Shown here piece by piece: positions 49,109-58,699 of a DNA stretch of 64,000 nt. Source of the stretch: Oxalobacter sp. OttesenSCG-928-P03 (lineage in GTDB: Bacteria > Pseudomonadota > Gammaproteobacteria > Burkholderiales > Burkholderiaceae_D); assembly GCA_030269625.1 (NCBI GenBank), contig JAJDFZ010000001.1, forward strand, positions 680 to 64,679, written 5' to 3'. Both the position numbers and the translations under genes were made by a program. The notes below the pieces were generated by a model, which worked only from the letters and a program-made list of their open reading frames with translations, was not told the DNA's origin and did no database searches. How positions within the stretch are numbered: position 1 is the stretch's first letter; every line of letters begins with the position of its first letter.

Positions 49109-49803
49109 GCCTCCTCCCCTGATGGCGGCGTCAGCGTAAAACGGGCAGGAAAATCCGCCGCCAGCCTTTCATCGTGGCTCACGAAAAGAAGCGCTGTTGA
49201 AAAGCGCGCGCATTCCCTCATCAGGAGACGGATAAAATCCTCCTGGTGCCCCGCATCCAGCGCCGAAGTCGGCTCATCCGCCACGATCAGGGCCGGCTTG
49301 CCGATCAGCGCCCGCGCGGCCGCAACCCGCTGCTGCTGTCCCACGGAAAGCCGGGCGGCAGAACGCGCCCATAATGCCGCATCCAGCCCAAGCTCACCCA
49401 GGAGCATCGCGGCGGCCGCCTTCGCCGAACCGCCCTGCTCCACCGCGCCCCGGCTGCGCACAGAAGAAAAACGGCAGGGCAACAGCACATTTTCCATCAC
49501 CGAAAGATAAGGAACCAGGTTGAACTGCTGGAAAATAAAACCGGTATGATCCACCCGGAAACGATCCCGCTGCGTGCCGGACAGCGTATGCAAAGGCGTT
49601 CCCAGCACGCGGACCTCCCCCTTTTGCGGCGTGATGATCCCGCCGATCAGGGCCAAAAGCGTGCTCTTGCCGCTACCGCTGGGCCCGGCGATGAACAGCT
49701 GCCCTCCCGCGCGAAGGGAAAGAGAATCAATCTGCAGCGTCCGGCGCGTGCTGCCGGGCCAGGCAAAATCAACCCCGCGCAGATCAACGGCAGCTTCAGA
49801 CAT
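49105..49803 (-). CDS. ABC transporter ATP-binding protein (ZrgB)
   Basis: GPSGSGKST, LSVGQQQR, ADEPTSALD, VSHD. Confidence 0.93.
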   Translation of the reverse strand: MSEAAVDLRGVDFAWPGSTRRTLQIDSLSLRAGGQLFIAGPSGSGKSTLLALIGGIITPQKGEVRVLGTPLHTLSGTQRDRFRVDHTGFIFQQFNLVPYLSVMENVLLPCRFSSVRSRGAVEQGGSAKAAAAMLLGELGLDAALWARSAARLSVGQQQRVAAARALIGKPALIVADEPTSALDAGHQEDFIRLLMRECARFSTALLFVSHDERLAADFPARFTLTPPSGEEA

Positions 49804-49809
49804 CAGGCC

Positions 49810-50355
49810 CTACCAGGAAAGAACCGGCTTTTGCGGTGTGGCGCTCGCCGCCACCTGCTTTTTAGGCAAAAGCACTTGTGCGTCGACCCTTTCCAGCCCG
49901 GGAAAACGCGCAAAAAGCGGCAGCCGGACCGTCTTCAGGCTCTCCGGCTTTTCGCAATACCAGGACCAGGATGCAACCAGATCCACATGCCCGTCACCGT
50001 CTTTTCCCGCGAGAGACTTCAGCATGACGGGATGAACCGTCTTCGCGCCCTTTTTGAGCGCAACACGGCCCGACACATAAGAACAGGCTGCATCACTGTT
50101 CGGGACAATCAGCTCCCTGGCTTCATGCAGCGCCGCTGTCATATCCACGAGCGCCTTTTTCTGCTTTTCATCCTGCGGCGCATGCTCAAAACCGAGAAAA
50201 TTGCCCAGCGGCCCCTGCATTTCAACCGTCAGGTCATTGCCATCAACCGCCACATTCATCTCCGCTTCGCCATGCACATGCTTGCCATGCGCAAAAGCAC
50301 AGGCAGATACGGTACCTGCAAAAAACATCACCGCCACTCTCAGCCATTTCCTCAT
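49810..50355 (-). CDS. DUF2796 periplasmic zinc-uptake protein (ZrgA-like)
   Basis: signal peptide, HGKHVHG, NFLGFEHAP, HVDL; RBS GGGAG. Confidence 0.85.
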   Translation of the reverse strand: MRKWLRVAVMFFAGTVSACAFAHGKHVHGEAEMNVAVDGNDLTVEMQGPLGNFLGFEHAPQDEKQKKALVDMTAALHEARELIVPNSDAACSYVSGRVALKKGAKTVHPVMLKSLAGKDGDGHVDLVASWSWYCEKPESLKTVRLPLFARFPGLERVDAQVLLPKKQVAASATPQKPVLSW

Positions 50356-50389
50356 GCCACGCTCCCTTTCCGGTAAAGACAAATCGAAC

Positions 50390-50412
50390 GCAATGTTATA
50401 TTGTTACATCAC
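50390..50412. promoter_or_regulatory. Zur box
   Basis: GCAATGTTATA-T-TGTTACATCAC vs proteobacterial consensus GAAATGTTATA-N-TATAACATTTC. Confidence 0.7.
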
Positions 50413-50557
50413 AAATAGCAATACGCCTGCCATGCCGTGGCACAAATCAGCAAAGGCAAATACCGTAGCATGCTGCCAAATGAAATGCAGCGCACGGATC
50501 AGAACGGCGAAACGGGCATTACCGCCGCGAACACCCGCAAGAACCATTCACCCCGCC

Positions 50558-53500
50558 TCACTCCGACAGCTGCTCCTTCAGCGCACGGTAATCTGTCTTG
50601 CCGCTGCCGAGAAGCGGAATGGCGTCCACTTTCTCTATCCGTCTGACCGCATAAAGCAGGGAAAGCCCGGCAGCCCTGAGAGAGGCATTGACTTCCGCCA
50701 GCGTCAGTTCCAAAGGCGTAAAAAGCACGATTTCCGAACCGCTCTCTTCCGGCGTGGCCTCTACCGCCAGCACCACACCTTCTTCCGGCGCATTTTCGTG
50801 GTGGCTGTATGTGTCCAGCAACACGCTCTCGATCTGCGGCAGGGAAATCATTTCCCCGCCAACCTTCACAAAACGCTTGAGCCGCCCCTGGAATGTCAGC
50901 CGCCCGGCCGCATCCATGCTGACAAGATCACCTGTCCTGTACCAGGTCTGCCCCTCGAATTCGACAAAAGGAGAAGGCGCATCCCCGATATAGCCGTGAA
51001 AGATGCTGGGGCCGCGCACGAGCAGCATGCCGGTTTCTCCCGTGGCAGCCCGCCCGTGAATCACGCCTTCGTCCTCCCGGACAATCACGGCTTCCACCGA
51101 TGGCAAAAGCGGACCGATCGTGCCGGGATGCACGTCGCCCGGACGGTTTACGGAAACGGCAGGCGCACATTCCGTGATCCCGTAACCCTCGCACAGCGAT
51201 GCAGAAGGACACTGCTCGGCAAAGGCGCGGTAAACATGATCCGGGCATTTTTCAGCCCCGACAAAGGCATATTTCACGCTCGCCAGCCGATCTGATCCCC
51301 TCGCCTGTTCCAGCATGGCATTCATGAAGGTAGGCGGCATCGCCAGCAGGCTGACACGATAGTCGCGGATTAGGCCGTTCAGCAGCCCCGGCTCTGTCGG
51401 GTTGGGGTGAAAAACCGCCTTGATGCCGGTCGACAGCGGGATCACCAGGCCGACCATCAGGCCAAAGGAATGAAACGGCGGCAGCATCGCCAGCACGGTA
51501 TCATCCGATGCCAGGTTCAGCACCCGGATGATATCCACTGCATTGGCAAGCAGGTTTTCATGCGTTAACGGCACGGCCTTGGGGAAGGATTCCGAACCGG
51601 AGGTAAAAAGCACGGCTGCCGTCTCCGGCACCGGGAAATGTTTCCGGTCCTGCATCAAACGGGAGCGGACAACACCCCGGATTTTTTCAAAGAGCGAAAA
51701 TGTTGCCGCCATTTTGTCTAGCGCCAGCCATTCCACCGGCAAATCATCCATTGGCATGCCCTGCCGCTCGATCCGCTCCATCAGCGGAGAAACCGAGACG
51801 ATATGGCTGACCCCGGTCAGGGCAATGCAATGCCGGAGATTGGCCTCGCCCACGGTCCAGTTGAAAAAGACCGGGGTCTTGCCCGAGAGAAGCGCCGCCA
51901 GCCAGACCACGACAGCAGCAGGCACCGACGGCAGCATGATGCCCAGGCGCTCGCCCGGCAGCGCGCGGAAACGCCTGGCAATAATCAGCGCGCCCAAAAA
52001 GAGCTGGCGGCGGTTTCGCAGGGCGCTTCTCTCTGCCAGGAGCGGGTCTTTCGGGTTGTGCCTTATCTGCCGGAAAAAGGCGGAAACAATGCAGGAAAGA
52101 TCTGACGGCAAGTCCAGCGGCATGACGGATGGCGGAGCAAACCAGGCATCCGGCGCAGGCGGCTGCAATTCATCCGAAGCCAGTTGCCCGTTGGCGGCCA
52201 AAAGGCAGTCCGCCACCGTATTGAGCATTTCAAGGCTGGGAACAGCCTGCTGGAACGTTTCTTCGATCGCCATGGAGACTTCCATCAGCATGAGGCTGTC
52301 CAGTCCGATATCGCTGGAAAGGCTCATGCTGTCATAAACCGGATGATCCTCCGGCAGCCCGGCCGTCTCGCGCAGGATGCGGTAAACGCTTTCCCGCACA
52401 TCCGGCATGACATCGCGTGTATCCGGCACATTGCGGTGCACGGTATGCTCCGGCAGCACGATGGGACGGCGGCCCTTCCAGAACCAGCGCGGCACTTTCG
52501 TCGCCGGTGCTTCTGTCTCATTGTAAAAAGCTTCCAGGCGGCGGTTGAGTTCGCGCCGGTCGGTGATCTTTTCCAGCCCCGTCACTTCGGCAAAATCCAG
52601 GTGCACCCGCCTGCGCGGGGTAAAAAGGAAAAGATTGCCCAGCACCGTCTGTATCCCGCGCATAAGCGATTTGTTGAAGGACGGGGCCTTGCCCGTGGCG
52701 CCATAGGTAAATGAACTGCCCCACAGGCCGGTGGTCCGGACAAGCACTACCTGGATATCCGGCGCCTGCTGAATCAGTGACCAGGCGCCTGAATTGCCGC
52801 CGATATTTTCTTTCGAGGAATGGTAAATCCGCCCGGAAGGATACATCAGGACATGGTCCCCGTTTTTCAGGCTGTCCAGGATCACGTGAATGCCCCGCTG
52901 CGTACCGGCGGCGGCCTGGGCCTGGGCGCCTTCTTTCATCATGTCCGGGATCAGGACGGCATTCAGGAGGCGCGCCACCATCTTTCCGTGCAGCCCGGCC
53001 AGCTGTTTTTCATCCACAAGCGGACGCGGTGAATAACCCGCCAGCTGTGAATACACGATAAAAGGATCAATCAGGCCCGGGTGATTGGGCAAAAAGAGAA
53101 CCGGCCCCCTGACATCAAGGGTGTCCAGACCGCTTGTCGTAATACGGTAGCGCAGCGACAGGACCAGGCGCAGGAAAGTGCCCAGCGGGCTGTAACGCTC
53201 GAAGGGAAAAAGGACGCGCAGGCGCCGCGATACCCGGAACATGAAAAACAGCCCGGCAATGCCGCTCCACGCAAGCAGGGTGGATGGCTTTGCGCCGCCG
53301 GTAAGCTCATGCACCCAGTCAAACACCGCGAAAAGGAATCCGGCAAGGATAATGCCGGAAAAAGACGCAAAATTGGAAATCCCCAGCACCTTGCCCTTTT
53401 CCGCTGCATCCGGACGGATCTGTATGAAGCTCACGAGCGGAATGAGGTACACCCCGGCACAGATGCCGGTGATGAGATATACCGCCAGAAGAAAACCGGC

Positions 53501-54502
53501 AAGGACATAAGTGTTCGCCGGCAGGAAAATAACCAGGGAAGACAGGAGAATACCCGCCACCATCCCCGTACCGGCAGAAAACATACAGCGGCGCCAGACG
53601 GTTGCCTCGTGCCTGCCCGCCATGACAGCCCCGATGCAGACACCGACAGAAAGGGAAACTGCCAGCATGCTGGTCAGCGAAACACCCAGCCCCAGTTCGC
53701 GAACGCCGAGATTGTTGATGCAAATCAGGACAAAGGAGGAAATGGCGTAAAAAAAGGCTTCTCCGGCCAGCGTCAGGAAAAGATGCGGGTCCTCCCTGCG
53801 GCATTCCAGCGCATGACGCACCGAATCCGCCGGGCCGAGCAGCGGAAAAGGCTCATCGGAAAAATCCGGTTCGCGGCTTTTCCGGATGCCGAGTGCGGCC
53901 AGAATACCCAGGATAGCCACCACCACCCCGATAAAGGCAATAATAAGCCGCCCAGTGCCGAAATCCCCTTTTGGCGCATATTTTGAAAGCGTCATCTCCG
54001 GCACGTCCAGCAAAAGGCCGCCCAGTGCAATCCCCAGGAGGATCGTGGCCGTTGTCGCCAGCTTCATCAACGCATTGACGCGGGGCACCTGCTCCGGCGC
54101 AAAATTTTCCGGTATGGCGCCATTTAAGGCCGGGCTGAAAAACGTGGACTGCAGCCCCATGAAAAACACCACGAGAACCATCCCGCCCCAGCTCATCGAC
54201 ATCAGCGCCCAGACGCCGAGCAGCATGGCGGCAAGCTCCACCAGCTTGGAAAAGACAACCAGCCTGCTTTTGGCACGCCTGTCAGCCAGCCACCCGGCCC
54301 AGGCCGAGCAGATGACAAAAGGCAGCGCAAAAAGCACCGTTGCCACCCCCTGCACATAGCCGATATGGGCGCTGGAGGCTAAAAGAAGCGCCGCCTGCTT
54401 GAAAAAGTTATCGTTAAAAGTCCCCATCGCATAGCAGGCCCCCATGCTGAAAAGCGTTTTCCTGTTATCCGGGGGGATTTTCGCGGAAGCGGAAGTCGTC
54501 AT
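50558..54502 (-). CDS. Aas-like fusion: LplT-type MFS + PlsC acyltransferase + acyl carrier domain + acyl ligase
   Basis: FNDNFFKQ (MFS), PNHPGLID (HX4D), IGLDSL (phosphopantetheine site), FTSGSES.PK, EGYGITE, YRTGD, GSGKTDY. Confidence 0.88.
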   Translation of the reverse strand: MTTSASAKIPPDNRKTLFSMGACYAMGTFNDNFFKQAALLLASSAHIGYVQGVATVLFALPFVICSAWAGWLADRRAKSRLVVFSKLVELAAMLLGVWALMSMSWGGMVLVVFFMGLQSTFFSPALNGAIPENFAPEQVPRVNALMKLATTATILLGIALGGLLLDVPEMTLSKYAPKGDFGTGRLIIAFIGVVVAILGILAALGIRKSREPDFSDEPFPLLGPADSVRHALECRREDPHLFLTLAGEAFFYAISSFVLICINNLGVRELGLGVSLTSMLAVSLSVGVCIGAVMAGRHEATVWRRCMFSAGTGMVAGILLSSLVIFLPANTYVLAGFLLAVYLITGICAGVYLIPLVSFIQIRPDAAEKGKVLGISNFASFSGIILAGFLFAVFDWVHELTGGAKPSTLLAWSGIAGLFFMFRVSRRLRVLFPFERYSPLGTFLRLVLSLRYRITTSGLDTLDVRGPVLFLPNHPGLIDPFIVYSQLAGYSPRPLVDEKQLAGLHGKMVARLLNAVLIPDMMKEGAQAQAAAGTQRGIHVILDSLKNGDHVLMYPSGRIYHSSKENIGGNSGAWSLIQQAPDIQVVLVRTTGLWGSSFTYGATGKAPSFNKSLMRGIQTVLGNLFLFTPRRRVHLDFAEVTGLEKITDRRELNRRLEAFYNETEAPATKVPRWFWKGRRPIVLPEHTVHRNVPDTRDVMPDVRESVYRILRETAGLPEDHPVYDSMSLSSDIGLDSLMLMEVSMAIEETFQQAVPSLEMLNTVADCLLAANGQLASDELQPPAPDAWFAPPSVMPLDLPSDLSCIVSAFFRQIRHNPKDPLLAERSALRNRRQLFLGALIIARRFRALPGERLGIMLPSVPAAVVVWLAALLSGKTPVFFNWTVGEANLRHCIALTGVSHIVSVSPLMERIERQGMPMDDLPVEWLALDKMAATFSLFEKIRGVVRSRLMQDRKHFPVPETAAVLFTSGSESFPKAVPLTHENLLANAVDIIRVLNLASDDTVLAMLPPFHSFGLMVGLVIPLSTGIKAVFHPNPTEPGLLNGLIRDYRVSLLAMPPTFMNAMLEQARGSDRLASVKYAFVGAEKCPDHVYRAFAEQCPSASLCEGYGITECAPAVSVNRPGDVHPGTIGPLLPSVEAVIVREDEGVIHGRAATGETGMLLVRGPSIFHGYIGDAPSPFVEFEGQTWYRTGDLVSMDAAGRLTFQGRLKRFVKVGGEMISLPQIESVLLDTYSHHENAPEEGVVLAVEATPEESGSEIVLFTPLELTLAEVNASLRAAGLSLLYAVRRIEKVDAIPLLGSGKTDYRALKEQLSE

Positions 54503-54509
54503 GGCAGCC

Positions 54510-54851
54510 TCACCGGGTCGCGTTTTTTTCCGTCAGGATGTCCAGGTCGCTTTCAATATAAAGACGCAGTTTTTCCAGCGACTCCAAAAGCGGCTCATAG
54601 CAGATGGAATAAAGCGCCTGCCTTCCCTGCCTGCGCACCGCCACGATACCGGCCTCCTGCAGAACAGAAAGGTGATGGACTATCGTGGAGCGCCCCATTG
54701 AAAACATGGCGGAAATATCCTTGATCGACAGTTCTTCTCCCGGCTCGAAAAGCAGCAGGATCTGCTGCCGGGTCGCCTCTCCCAGCGCTGAAAACACCCG
54801 CGCTGTCGGCAGCCAGTCTTCAGGCAGCCTGTTGATGTACTCGGTTCTCAT
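54510..54851 (-). CDS. ArsR/SmtB family regulator
   Basis: FSALGEATRQQIL, RSTIVHHLSVLQEAGIV. Confidence 0.88.
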   Translation of the reverse strand: MRTEYINRLPEDWLPTARVFSALGEATRQQILLLFEPGEELSIKDISAMFSMGRSTIVHHLSVLQEAGIVAVRRQGRQALYSICYEPLLESLEKLRLYIESDLDILTEKNATR

Positions 54852-54872
54852 GTATTCCCTTCCTGAAAAGCC

Positions 54873-54900
54873 ATAACCATATAACTAGTTTTTTGGTTAT
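54873..54900. promoter_or_regulatory. probable ArsR operator
   Basis: ATAACCA-TAT-AACTAGTT-TTT-TGGTTAT dyad. Confidence 0.6.
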
Positions 54901-55021
54901 TAAAAGCCATAAAAAGGGCATTGTCAATACCTGCCCTGTTTTGCCTGCCTGATTAGTTTTGTTTGCTTTTTCACGAGGTTTGCACTATGGTGTGCGTATA
55001 GCGTTAAACAACAGGTGAAGC

Positions 55022-56899
55022 TTGTCTGTCAAACCTGATAAAAGCCGTCTTACCGCCCTGACAGTTGCCGCAATCGGCATTGTTTACGGCGATATCGGCA
55101 CCAGTCCCCTGTATACGATGCGTGCCATTTTCGGCAATGTCGGCAACGTGGCCTTCACGCCGGAAAACGTTATGGGAATTGTCTCCCTGATTATCTGGGG
55201 ACTCATTGTCATCGTGTCTGTCAAATACGTGCTTGTCATGTTGCGCGCAGACAACCGTGGCGAAGGCGGTACACTCGCCCTGATGGCGCTTGCACATTCG
55301 ATCTTCCCCAAGAAGTCGCGCCTGTATTTCCCTCTTCTGGCACTCGGCGTATTCGGCGCATCCCTTTTTTACGGGGACAGCGTGATTACCCCGGCCATTT
55401 CTGTTCTTTCCGCCGTGGAAGGGCTCGAAACCGCCACACCCGTGCTCAAGCCTTACGTTATTCCCATTGCGGCAGTGATCCTTGTCGGACTCTATTCCGT
55501 CCAGTCCAGGGGCACGGCAGGCATCGGCAGGCTGTTTGGCCCGATCATGCTCTTCTGGTTTTTTCTTCTGGCGGTTCTGGGTATTGTCAATATTGTCTCG
55601 GCCCCTGAAATCCTGCTGGCATTCAACCCCTGGTATGCCGTGCGTTTTATCATCAGCAACCCGTTCATTGCCTTTATTGCCCTAAGCGAGGTCGTGCTGG
55701 CATTTACCGGCGCCGAAACACTGTATGCCGACATGGGGCACTTCGGCATCACGCCCATACGCCGCGCCTGGTTCAGGCTGGTCTTCCCCGCTCTTGCGCT
55801 GAACTACATGGGACAGGGCGGCCTGCTCCTCTCACGCCCTGAAACACTGGCCAACCCGTTTTTCATGCAGTTGGGCTCATGGAGCATTTACCCGCTGGTG
55901 CTGCTGTCCACGATAGCGGTCATCATTGCTTCACAGGCCACCATTTCCGGCGCGTTTTCCATTACCCGGCAGGCAATCGGCCTGGGTCTTTTGCCCCGCA
56001 TGAAAATCATCCACACCTCCCCGAGCGAATTCGGACAGATTTACATTCCAACCATCAACTGGATGCAGATGTGTGCCGTCATCCTTGCTGTCATCGGTTT
56101 CGGCTCTTCCGAAAACCTGACGGCGGCCTATGGGCTGGCCGTTACCGGTGCCATGCTCATTACAACGGTTTTCCTCTTTTTCATCATGCGGTATCTCTGG
56201 AAAATCAATCTCTTTGTCAGCATCATCGTGCCGGTGTTTTTCGGCACCATCGATACCCTTCTCCTGACATCCAATTCGCTCAAGATCGGCAGCGGCGGCT
56301 GGTTTCCGCTTGCCATCGGCTTTGCCCTCTTTACCGTGATGATGACATGGCGCAGGGGGCGCCAGCTTCTCGGCGCCAGCCAGCTGAAACAGGCCATTCC
56401 GCTTGATTCCTTCCTGCAATCGCTCTTTTTCATGCCGCCTCATCGCGTTGCCGGAACCGCCATCTTCCTGAGAGGAGAACACGATGGCGCGCCGCAGGCC
56501 ATCCTGCACAACCTTTCCCATAACAAGGTATTGCATGAACGCGTGTTTTTCCTGACGATTCACATGGAGGAAACGCCCTGGATACCGGATTCAGAGCGTA
56601 TCAGGGTCCAGGAACTGGGACACGACTGTTTCCAGCTGGATTTTTACTACGGGTTCAATGATGAGCCGGATATCCCTAAAACACTGGAGCTGTGCCGGGA
56701 GCATGGTTATACCTTTGACATGATGACAACATCATTCTTTGTTTCGCGCCAGACTCTGATATCCAACCCGATTACGGGCATGGCAAGGTGGCGTGAAATG
56801 CTGTTTATCTGGATATATCGCAACGCGCGCAATCCGGCCGATTTTTACCGGATTCCGGCAAACCGGGTCATTGAACTGGGCGCCCGCGTTGAAATCTGA
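55022..56899 (+). CDS. kup: potassium uptake transporter Kup
   Basis: GIVYGDIGTSPLY, ADNRGEGG, YADMGHFG, GQIYIP, RVIELG. Confidence 0.95.
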   Translation: MSVKPDKSRLTALTVAAIGIVYGDIGTSPLYTMRAIFGNVGNVAFTPENVMGIVSLIIWGLIVIVSVKYVLVMLRADNRGEGGTLALMALAHSIFPKKSRLYFPLLALGVFGASLFYGDSVITPAISVLSAVEGLETATPVLKPYVIPIAAVILVGLYSVQSRGTAGIGRLFGPIMLFWFFLLAVLGIVNIVSAPEILLAFNPWYAVRFIISNPFIAFIALSEVVLAFTGAETLYADMGHFGITPIRRAWFRLVFPALALNYMGQGGLLLSRPETLANPFFMQLGSWSIYPLVLLSTIAVIIASQATISGAFSITRQAIGLGLLPRMKIIHTSPSEFGQIYIPTINWMQMCAVILAVIGFGSSENLTAAYGLAVTGAMLITTVFLFFIMRYLWKINLFVSIIVPVFFGTIDTLLLTSNSLKIGSGGWFPLAIGFALFTVMMTWRRGRQLLGASQLKQAIPLDSFLQSLFFMPPHRVAGTAIFLRGEHDGAPQAILHNLSHNKVLHERVFFLTIHMEETPWIPDSERIRVQELGHDCFQLDFYYGFNDEPDIPKTLELCREHGYTFDMMTTSFFVSRQTLISNPITGMARWREMLFIWIYRNARNPADFYRIPANRVIELGARVEI

Positions 56900-56923
56900 C
56901 GCAGGCGGACCGCGCGTTTCAGG

Positions 56924-58015
56924 CTATTCGAGAACCGGATAATCCGTGTATCCCTTCGGGCCGCCCTGGTAAAACGTCGCGCGATCCGGCTCATTGTAGG
57001 GACCGCCACGGCGGATGCGTTCGACCAGGTCGGAGTTGGCAATATAAAGACGTCCGAACGCGACCAGGTCACAAAGGCCGTCTTTCAATGCCTGTTCTGC
57101 TGATTGGGCCGTGTAGCCGCCACACAGGATAATCGGGCCGCTGAAACTGTCCCGTATTTTGCGTTTGAGTTCCGGGGTCAGCGGCTCGCCGCCCACCCAG
57201 CTCGGTTCGGCGATGTGAAGATAAGCAATATTGCGGCGGTCAAATTCCTTTGCCAGATAAAGCGCCATGGCTTCGGATTCGGGATCATCGATGCCGTTGA
57301 TATTGAAATGGGGGGAAATACGCACGCCCACCCGCGCGTTTCCTATCGTTTCGCACAGGGCATCCATCACTTCCAGGGTCAGGCGCGCCCGGTTTTCGAT
57401 CGATCCGCCATACCGGTCTGTGCGGATATTGGAATTGGGCGACATGAATTGCTGCAGGAGATAGCCGTTTGCCGCGTGCTCTTCCACGAAGTCAAACCCT
57501 GCCCGCATGGCACGGATGGCAGCCTGGCGGTACTGTTCCACGATACCGGCCATCTCTTCCGTTTCAAGCGCGCGCGGCGTATCAACGGGTGCAAAGGCGC
57601 CCGAGCCGTCGGGGTTCACGATATAACACTTGCTGTTTTGTGCTGCCAGCGCAGAAGGCGCCACCGGCAGTTGCCCCTCTTCCTGCAGGGAGTGATGCGA
57701 CATCCTGCCGACATGCCACAATTGTGCCGCCATTTTTCCGCCTTTAGCGTGCACGGCTTCCACGACCTTTTTCCAGCCGGCTTCCTGCTCATCCGTATAA
57801 ATACCGGGAGTGAAAGCATATCCCTGCCCCTGCCGGGATATCTGGGTTCCCTCAGACACGATCAGGCCGGCAGTGGCTCGCTGGGCATAATATTCGGCAT
57901 TCAGCGCCGTCGGCACATCGCCGGGCCTGCCTGCGCGTGAGCGGGTCAGCGGCGCCATGGCAACGCGGTTTGAAAGGGAAACATCGCCAACTTGAACGGA
58001 AGAAAGCAGCTTCAT
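56924..58015 (-). CDS. nemA: alkene reductase (NemA-type old yellow enzyme)
   Basis: MAPLTRSRA, QLWHVGR, HAANGYL, RTDRYGGS, GYTDYP. Confidence 0.9.
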   Translation of the reverse strand: MKLLSSVQVGDVSLSNRVAMAPLTRSRAGRPGDVPTALNAEYYAQRATAGLIVSEGTQISRQGQGYAFTPGIYTDEQEAGWKKVVEAVHAKGGKMAAQLWHVGRMSHHSLQEEGQLPVAPSALAAQNSKCYIVNPDGSGAFAPVDTPRALETEEMAGIVEQYRQAAIRAMRAGFDFVEEHAANGYLLQQFMSPNSNIRTDRYGGSIENRARLTLEVMDALCETIGNARVGVRISPHFNINGIDDPESEAMALYLAKEFDRRNIAYLHIAEPSWVGGEPLTPELKRKIRDSFSGPIILCGGYTAQSAEQALKDGLCDLVAFGRLYIANSDLVERIRRGGPYNEPDRATFYQGGPKGYTDYPVLE

Positions 58016-58058
58016 GGTCTACACCTCCATAACAGGTATTGCCGGAACCCGGTAAAAA

Positions 58059-58520
58059 TCAATCGTCTTTCAGGACTTTGCCTTCACTGTCGACAACCCT
58101 GACTTTAACAGGAATTCCCTTGCGGATGCTGCCTGCCACGACACAGAAATCTTCAAATTGCGCCAGCGCCCTGTCCAGTTGGGTAAAAGACGCCTCTGGC
58201 CTGCCGAGCGTAATCGTGACATGGAGGCCGGCAATGCGCTTTCTGCCCTCTTCGTTACGGCCGGGAACCGCTTCGGCGTGTGTTTTCATCACGCCGGTAT
58301 CCTGTTTGAATTTGCCCAGCGCAAAATTCAGCGACGCCGTCAGGCAATATCCGGCAGCCGCTGCCAGCAACTGCTCGGGCGTCGGCCCGCTGTTCGTCCC
58401 GACAGGCTCCGGTTCATCGATGTGCCATACCGGCAGGCCTTCTCCAAACCATGCACTGAACCGGAACCCCTGCACCTGCTCCAGATCAACGACCGGGTTA
58501 TTGTTTTCCGCATGACTCAT
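58059..58520 (-). CDS. OsmC family protein
   Basis: DEPEPVG, GPTPEQLLAAAAGYCL, FEDFCVVAGS. Confidence 0.88.
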   Translation of the reverse strand: MSHAENNNPVVDLEQVQGFRFSAWFGEGLPVWHIDEPEPVGTNSGPTPEQLLAAAAGYCLTASLNFALGKFKQDTGVMKTHAEAVPGRNEEGRKRIAGLHVTITLGRPEASFTQLDRALAQFEDFCVVAGSIRKGIPVKVRVVDSEGKVLKDD

Positions 58521-58699
58521 ATCATTCTCCTTTTTCAGTCAGTGATGAGGCTGTCAATACGATAACAATGGCACGAAAAAAGAAACACCCCTTTTCAAAG
58601 GGGTGCTTTTGCCGGACACGCGCAGGGACGAAATGCTAAAATCACCATCGAACCCGCAAAGCGGTCCGACAACCCGGCTTCCCCCTTCCCGTATCTGTC

